Positions 58,351 to 64,000 of a DNA stretch of 64,000 nt are shown here, piece after piece. The stretch lies in the sequence record NC_054928.1. One strand, given 5' to 3'. Below the pieces are notes generated by a model. That model was given only the letters and a program-made list of their open reading frames with translations, had not been told where the DNA came from and did no database searches. Each line of letters starts with the position of its first letter. The stretch's first letter is position 1. The stretch is from Escherichia phage vB_vPM_PD112. The position numbers and the translations under genes are program-made.

Positions 58351-61300
58351 CAGTAAAAGCACCTTCAGTCACTAGTCTCAGAATTTCCAAGTTATCCGCA
58401 AATCAGGTGCAAGTACGCTGGGATGACGTTGGTGCTAATTTCTACTATTTTGTAGAAATCGCTGAGACAAAAACAAACTCGGGGGAAAATCTCCCGAGTA
58501 ATCAATACAGATGGATTAACTTAGGATATACTGCAAATAACAGCTTCTTTTTTGATAATGCTAATCCATTGACATCGTACATTATTAGAGTAGCTACAGC
58601 TGCGCAGGATTTTGAGCAGTCTGATTGGATTTATACCGAAGAGTTTGAAACTTTTGCTACAAACGCTTATACATTTCAAAACATGATTGAAATGCAATTA
58701 GCTAATAAATTCATTCAGGAAAAATTTACTCTTAATAATTCTGATTATGTCAATTTTAATAATGACACTATAATGGCTGCATTGATGAATGAATCATTTC
58801 AATTCAGCCCGTCATATGTTGACGTTTCATCAATAAGTAATTTTATTATTGGTGAAAATGAGTATCATGAAATACAAGGTTCTATTCAACAAGTATGTAA
58901 GGATATTAACCGAGTTTATTTGATGGAATCAGAAGGGATTCTATATCTTTTTGAGCGTTATCAACCTGTAGTTAAAGTATCTAACGATAAAGGACAAACC
59001 TGGAAAGCTGTAAAGCTCTTCAATGACCGCGTAGGATATCCTTTATCTAAGACTGTATATTACCAATCTGCAAACACAACATACGTTCTAGGATACGACA
59101 AGATTTTCTATGGCCGCAAATCTACTGATGTTAGATGGTCAGCTGATGATGTCAGATTTAGTTCGCAGGATATAACATTTGCTAAACTTGGCGACCAATT
59201 ACATCTAGGATTTGATGTAGAAATTTTTGCCACTTACGCGACTTTGCCAGCTAATGTATACCGCATTGCAGAAGCTATTACTTGCACCGATGATTACATT
59301 TACGTTGTCGCCAGAGACAAAGTTAGATACATAAAAACGAGTAATGCACCTATAGATTCTGATCCATTATCTCCGACATATTCGGAAAGACTTTTTGAAC
59401 CTGATACAATGACTATAACTGGAAATCCTAAAGCAGTATGTTATAAAATGGATTCTATCGGTGATAAAGTTTTCGCTCTTATTATCGGAGAAGTTGAAAC
59501 ATTAAATGCTAATCCTAGAACATCAAAAATAATTGATTCTGCCGATAAAGGAATATATGTTTTAAATCATGCCACGAAAACATGGAAAAGAGTTTTTGGC
59601 AACACTGAAGAAGAAAGAAGACGTATTCAACCTGGATATGCGAATATGTCAACTGATGGTAAATTAGTTTCTCTGTCTTCGAGTAATTTTAAATTTTTAA
59701 GTGATAACATTGTTAATGACCCTGAAACTGCAGCGAAATATCAGTTAATCGGTGCTGTTAAATATGAATTTCCTCGTGAATGGCTAGCTGATAAGCATTA
59801 TCATATGATGGCATTTATAGCAGATGAAAAATCTGATTGGGAAACTTTTACACCTCAGCCGATGAAATACTACGCTGAACCATTCTTTAACTGGTCTAAA
59901 AAATCTAACACACGCTGTTGGATAAACAACTCTGACAGAGCTGTAGTAGTTTATGCTGATTTAAAATACACCAAAGTTATAGAAAATATTCCGGAAACAT
60001 CACCGGATAGATTAGTTCATGAATACTGGGATGATGGTGATTGTACGATAGTAATGCCAAATGTTAAATTCACGGGATTTAAAAAATACGCGTCTGGGAT
60101 GCTTTTTTATAAGTCTTCTGGTGAAATAATTTCTTACTATGATTTTAACTATCGAGTGAGAGACACTGTCGAAATTATTTGGAAGCCAACTGAAGTGTTT
60201 TTAAAAGCATTTTTACAAAACCAAGAGCATGAGACTCCTTGGTCACCAGAAGAAGAGCGTGGACTAGCTGACCCCGATTTAAGACCATTAATTGGCACAA
60301 TGATGCCTGATTCTTATTTGCTACAGGATTCGAATTTTGAAGCATTTTGCGAAGCATATATTCAGTATCTTTCTGATGGATATGGAACTCAGTATAACAA
60401 TTTACGAAATTTAATTCGTAACAAATATCCACGAGAAGAGCATGCATGGGAATATTTGTGGTCAGAGATATATAAAAGAAACATTTATTTAAATGCTGAC
60501 AAACGTGATGCTGTTGCAAGATTTTTCGAATCACGCAGCTATGATTTTTATTCTACTAAAGGAATTGAAGCATCATACAAATTTCTTTTTAAAGTTCTTT
60601 ATAATGAAGAAGTTGAAATTGAAATTGAATCTGGGGCTGGTACTGAATATGATATAATCATTCAATCTGATTCTTTGACTGAAGACTTAGTAGGACAAAC
60701 GATTTATACAGCTACAGGAAGATGTAATGTTACTTATATAGAAAGAAGTTATTCTAACGGTAAATTGCAATGGACCGTAACTATTCATAATCTTTTGGGA
60801 AGATTAATTGCCGGTCAAGAAGTTAAAGCAGAAAGACTCCCTAGTTTCGAAGGCGAAATTATTCGCGGGGTTAAAGGAAAGGATTTGCTTCAAAATAATA
60901 TAGACTATATTAATAGAAGTCGATCATATTATGTAATGAAAATTAAATCCAATTTACCTTCTTCCCGCTGGAAATCTGACGTTATTCGTTTTGTTCATCC
61001 AGTAGGATTTGGATTTATAGCAATTACTCTTTTAACAATGTTTATTAATGTCGGTTTAACTCTTAAACATACAGAGACTATAATTAATAAATACAAAAAC
61101 TATAAATGGGATTCTGGATTGCCTACTGAATATGCTGATAGAGTAGCTAAATTAACTCCAACCGGTGAAATTGAGCATGATTCAGTAACAGGCGAAGCAA
61201 TTTATGAACCTGGCCCAATGGCTGGTGTAGAATATCCTCTTCCTGATGACTATAATGCTGAAAATAATAATTCAATATTTCAAGGTCAATTGCCATCTGA

Positions 61301-61445
61301 ACGACGTAAATTAATGAGTCCTCTATTTGATGCATCTGGAACAACATTTGCACAATTTAGGGATTTAGTTAATAAACGTCTAAAAGATAATATAGGAAAT
61401 CCAAGAGACCCTGAAAATCCAACACAGGTTAAAATAGATGAATGA
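58347..61445 (+). CDS. 7: baseplate wedge protein gp7
   Basis: 1032 aa, T4 gp7 length. Confidence 0.9.
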   Translation: MTVKAPSVTSLRISKLSANQVQVRWDDVGANFYYFVEIAETKTNSGENLPSNQYRWINLGYTANNSFFFDNANPLTSYIIRVATAAQDFEQSDWIYTEEFETFATNAYTFQNMIEMQLANKFIQEKFTLNNSDYVNFNNDTIMAALMNESFQFSPSYVDVSSISNFIIGENEYHEIQGSIQQVCKDINRVYLMESEGILYLFERYQPVVKVSNDKGQTWKAVKLFNDRVGYPLSKTVYYQSANTTYVLGYDKIFYGRKSTDVRWSADDVRFSSQDITFAKLGDQLHLGFDVEIFATYATLPANVYRIAEAITCTDDYIYVVARDKVRYIKTSNAPIDSDPLSPTYSERLFEPDTMTITGNPKAVCYKMDSIGDKVFALIIGEVETLNANPRTSKIIDSADKGIYVLNHATKTWKRVFGNTEEERRRIQPGYANMSTDGKLVSLSSSNFKFLSDNIVNDPETAAKYQLIGAVKYEFPREWLADKHYHMMAFIADEKSDWETFTPQPMKYYAEPFFNWSKKSNTRCWINNSDRAVVVYADLKYTKVIENIPETSPDRLVHEYWDDGDCTIVMPNVKFTGFKKYASGMLFYKSSGEIISYYDFNYRVRDTVEIIWKPTEVFLKAFLQNQEHETPWSPEEERGLADPDLRPLIGTMMPDSYLLQDSNFEAFCEAYIQYLSDGYGTQYNNLRNLIRNKYPREEHAWEYLWSEIYKRNIYLNADKRDAVARFFESRSYDFYSTKGIEASYKFLFKVLYNEEVEIEIESGAGTEYDIIIQSDSLTEDLVGQTIYTATGRCNVTYIERSYSNGKLQWTVTIHNLLGRLIAGQEVKAERLPSFEGEIIRGVKGKDLLQNNIDYINRSRSYYVMKIKSNLPSSRWKSDVIRFVHPVGFGFIAITLLTMFINVGLTLKHTETIINKYKNYKWDSGLPTEYADRVAKLTPTGEIEHDSVTGEAIYEPGPMAGVEYPLPDDYNAENNNSIFQGQLPSERRKLMSPLFDASGTTFAQFRDLVNKRLKDNIGNPRDPENPTQVKIDE

Positions 61446-62442
61446 TTCAAGTGTTATCTATCGTGCGATAGTTACTTCAAAATTTAGAACAGAAAAAATG
61501 TTGAATTTTTATAATTCAATTGGAAGTGGTCCGGATAAAAACACTATCTTTATCACATTTGGAAGATCAGAACCGTGGTCATCAAATGAAAATGAGGTGG
61601 GCTTTGCTCCACCTTATCCCACCGATTCTGTATTAGGTGTAACTGACATGTGGACTCATATGATGGGAACCGTGAAGGTTCTTCCATCTATGCTTGATGC
61701 AGTTATTCCTCGTCGAGATTGGGGAGATACTAGATATCCGGATCCATACACATTTAGAATTAACGATATTGTAGTGTGTAACTCAGCTCCTTACAACGCT
61801 ACCGAATCAGGCGCAGGCTGGTTAGTATATCGTTGTTTAGATGTTCCTGATACCGGAATGTGCTCAATTGAGTCTTTAACTAATAAGGATGAATGCCTTA
61901 AGTTAGGTGGAAAATGGACTCCTTCTGTTAGGTCAATGACTCCTCCTGAAGGTCGAGGAGACGCGGAAGGAACAATCGAACCTGGAGACGGGTATGTATG
62001 GGAATATCTTTTTGAGATTCCGCCTGATGTATCTATAAACAGATGCACGAATGAATATATCGTGGTTCCTTGGCCTGAGGAATTAAAAGAAGATCCGACT
62101 AGATGGGGGTATGAAGATAACCTCACTTGGCAGCAAGATGATTTTGGATTAATTTACCGGGTTAAGGCAAATACTATTCGTTTTAAAGCATACTTAGATT
62201 CAGTTTATTTTCCTGAAGCTGCATTGCCAGGAAATAAAGGATTTAGACAAATATCGATAATCACGAATCCTCTTGAAGCTAAAGTTCATCCAAATGACCC
62301 AAACGTTAAAGCTGAAAAGGATTACTATGATCCGGAAGATTTAATGAGGCATTCGGGCGAAATGATTTATATGGAAAATAGGCCACCTATTATTATGGCA
62401 ATGGATCAAACAGAAGAAATCAATATTCTGTTTACATTTTAA
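61438..62442 (+). CDS. 8: baseplate wedge protein gp8
   Basis: 334 aa, T4 gp8 length. Confidence 0.9.
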   Translation: MNDSSVIYRAIVTSKFRTEKMLNFYNSIGSGPDKNTIFITFGRSEPWSSNENEVGFAPPYPTDSVLGVTDMWTHMMGTVKVLPSMLDAVIPRRDWGDTRYPDPYTFRINDIVVCNSAPYNATESGAGWLVYRCLDVPDTGMCSIESLTNKDECLKLGGKWTPSVRSMTPPEGRGDAEGTIEPGDGYVWEYLFEIPPDVSINRCTNEYIVVPWPEELKEDPTRWGYEDNLTWQQDDFGLIYRVKANTIRFKAYLDSVYFPEAALPGNKGFRQISIITNPLEAKVHPNDPNVKAEKDYYDPEDLMRHSGEMIYMENRPPIIMAMDQTEEINILFTF

Positions 62443-62447
62443 ATTAA

Positions 62448-62470
62448 GGGAGCCCATGGGCTCCCTTTTT
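62448..62470 (+). terminator. intrinsic terminator after gene 8
   Basis: gggagcccatgggctccc hairpin followed by ttttttc. Confidence 0.7.
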
Positions 62471-62474
62471 TCTT

Positions 62475-62482
62475 TATAAATA
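62475..62482 (+). promoter_or_regulatory. late promoter TATAAATA for gene 9
   Basis: Exact TATAAATA about 25 bp upstream of the gene 9 ATG. Confidence 0.6.
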
Positions 62483-62506
62483 CTATAAACTCATAAGGAA
62501 ACCGCT

Positions 62507-63373
62507 ATGTTCATTCAAGAACCAAAGAAATTGATTGATACCGGCGAAATTGGTAACGCTTCTACTGGTGATATCTTATTCGACGGTGGTAATAAAATTA
62601 ATAGTGATTTTAATGCAATTTATAACGCGTTTGGCGATCAGCGTAAAATGGCAGTAGCAAATGGAACTGGAGCAGATGGCCAAATTATCCATGCTACTGG
62701 ATATTATCAAAAACACTCTATTGCAGAGTACGCAACTCCAGTAAAAGTTGGCACTAGGCATGATATTGATACCTCTACTGTAGGTGTTAAAGTTATCATT
62801 GAAAGAGGCGAACTCGGCGATTGTGTTGAATTCATTAACTCTAATGGATCAATATCAGTTACTAATCCTTTGACAATTCAAGCTATTGATTCAATTAAAG
62901 GTGTTTCAGGTAATTTGGTAGTAACTAGCCCATATAGTAAAGTTACTTTACGTTGTATTTCATCTGATAATTCTACGTCAGTTTGGAATTATTCTATTGA
63001 AAGTATGTTTGGCCAAAAGGAATCACCGGCCGAAGGTACATGGAATATTTCTACATCTGGGTCAGTTGACATTCCATTATTTCATCGTACTGAATATAAC
63101 ATGGCTAAATTGTTAGTTACATGCCAATCAGTAGATGGAAGAAAAATTAAAACGGCAGAAATAAATATTCTTGTAGATACTGTTAATTCAGCGGTCATTT
63201 CTTCTGAATATGCTGTCATGCGAGTTGGGAATGAAACCGAAGAAGACGAAATCGCTAATATTGCATTTAGTATTAAAGAAAATTATGTAACGGCGACTAT
63301 AAGTTCTTCAACTGTCGGTATGAGAGCAGCAGTTAAAGTTATCGCTACGCAGAAAATCGGGGTGGCTCAATAA
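62507..63373 (+). CDS. 9: baseplate protein gp9 (long tail fibre socket)
   Basis: 288 aa, T4 gp9 length (MFIQEPKKLIDTGEIGNASTGDILFDGG). Confidence 0.9.
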   Translation: MFIQEPKKLIDTGEIGNASTGDILFDGGNKINSDFNAIYNAFGDQRKMAVANGTGADGQIIHATGYYQKHSIAEYATPVKVGTRHDIDTSTVGVKVIIERGELGDCVEFINSNGSISVTNPLTIQAIDSIKGVSGNLVVTSPYSKVTLRCISSDNSTSVWNYSIESMFGQKESPAEGTWNISTSGSVDIPLFHRTEYNMAKLLVTCQSVDGRKIKTAEINILVDTVNSAVISSEYAVMRVGNETEEDEIANIAFSIKENYVTATISSSTVGMRAAVKVIATQKIGVAQ

Positions 63374-64000
63374 TGAAACAAAATATTAATATCGGTAATG
63401 TTGTTGATGATGGTACCGGTGACTACCTGCGTAAAGGTGGTATAAAAATAAATGAAAACTTTGATGAACTTTATTATGAACTTGGTGATGGAGATGTTCC
63501 ATATTCAGCCGGTGCCTGGAAAACTTATGATGCTTCATCTGGACAAACACTAACGGCAGAATGGGGAAAATCATATGCCATTAATACTTCGTCTGGAAGA
63601 GTAACTCTACAACTTCCTAAAGGAACTGTTAATGATTACAACAAGGTAATTAGAGCTAGAGACGTATTCGCTACATGGAACATCAATCCAGTTACTTTAG
63701 TAGCTGCTTCCGGAGATACAATTAAAGGGTCGTCATCGTCAGTTGAAATTAATATTCAATTTAGTGATTTAGAGCTCGTTTATTGCGCTCCAGGACGTTG
63801 GGAATATGTCAAAAACAAACAAATTGACAAAATTGTTAGTTCAGATATTAGTAATGTAGCTCGCAAAGAATTTTTAGTTGAAGTTCAAGGACAAACTGAC
63901 TTTTTAGATGTTTTCAATGGAACTAGTTATAATGTCAATAACATCAGAGTAAAACATCGTGGTAACGAATTGTATTACGGTGATGTATTTAGCGAAAATA
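63373..64000 (+). CDS. 10: baseplate protein gp10, N-terminal part (runs off window end)
   Basis: ATG overlapping gp9 stop (TAATG); MKQNINIGNVVDDGTGDYLRKGG; open to window end. Confidence 0.85.
   Translation, partial: MKQNINIGNVVDDGTGDYLRKGGIKINENFDELYYELGDGDVPYSAGAWKTYDASSGQTLTAEWGKSYAINTSSGRVTLQLPKGTVNDYNKVIRARDVFATWNINPVTLVAASGDTIKGSSSSVEINIQFSDLELVYCAPGRWEYVKNKQIDKIVSSDISNVARKEFLVEVQGQTDFLDVFNGTSYNVNNIRVKHRGNELYYGDVFSEN

Noticed and set aside
60175-60534. Minus-strand ORFs inside genes 7, 8 and 10 (60175..60534, 61147..61353, 61791..62126, 63386..63574)
   Set aside because: Antisense to large structural genes, atypical composition (for example a His-rich product); treated as spurious.

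Overview
This window is a contiguous stretch of a T4-like (T-even, Tequatrovirus-type) phage genome, syntenic with T4 from gene 42 through the start of gene 10. All calls rest on my own reading of the ORF track and sequence against remembered T4 proteins and motifs; no database search was run. Coordinates of hand-mapped tRNAs, promoters and hairpins are approximate (about +/-2 bp). Positions 1-51.9 kb are early/middle genes on the minus strand: glycosyltransferase, 42, imm, 43, regA, 62, 44, 45, rpbA, 46, 47, a-gt, 55, nrdH/G/D, 49, pin, nrdC, a long block of small ORFs, rI, tk, vs, regB, lysozyme e, nudE, e.2-e.8, a tRNA cluster with segB, ipI-like, 57B, 57A, 1, 3, 2, 4. From 52 kb the plus strand carries late baseplate genes 53, 5, 6, 7, 8, 9 and the start of 10. 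A recurring GTTTAC-N17-TACTATAC motif upstream of minus-strand genes is the T4 early promoter family, and GC-rich GAAG/GAGG-loop hairpins sit at gene ends. The phage is close to T4 but not T4: lysozyme, gp1 and a-gt differ by a few residues. The strongest candidate for something undescribed is a 678-codon late-strand ORF between genes 5 and 6, next to a gp5 whose C-terminal tip differs from T4 and with no PAAR-type gene 5.4. Other departures from T4 as I remember it: a DxD glycosyltransferase where beta-gt should be, no denV, remodelled internal-protein loci with an extra one before the tRNAs, an intronless nrdD flanked by GIY-YIG elements, and an HNH endonuclease where tRNA-Gln is expected. 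Also notable are a four-gene membrane-protein paralogue array, a tandem duplicate pair, a nucleotidyltransferase/AAA ATPase cluster and a macro-domain protein.
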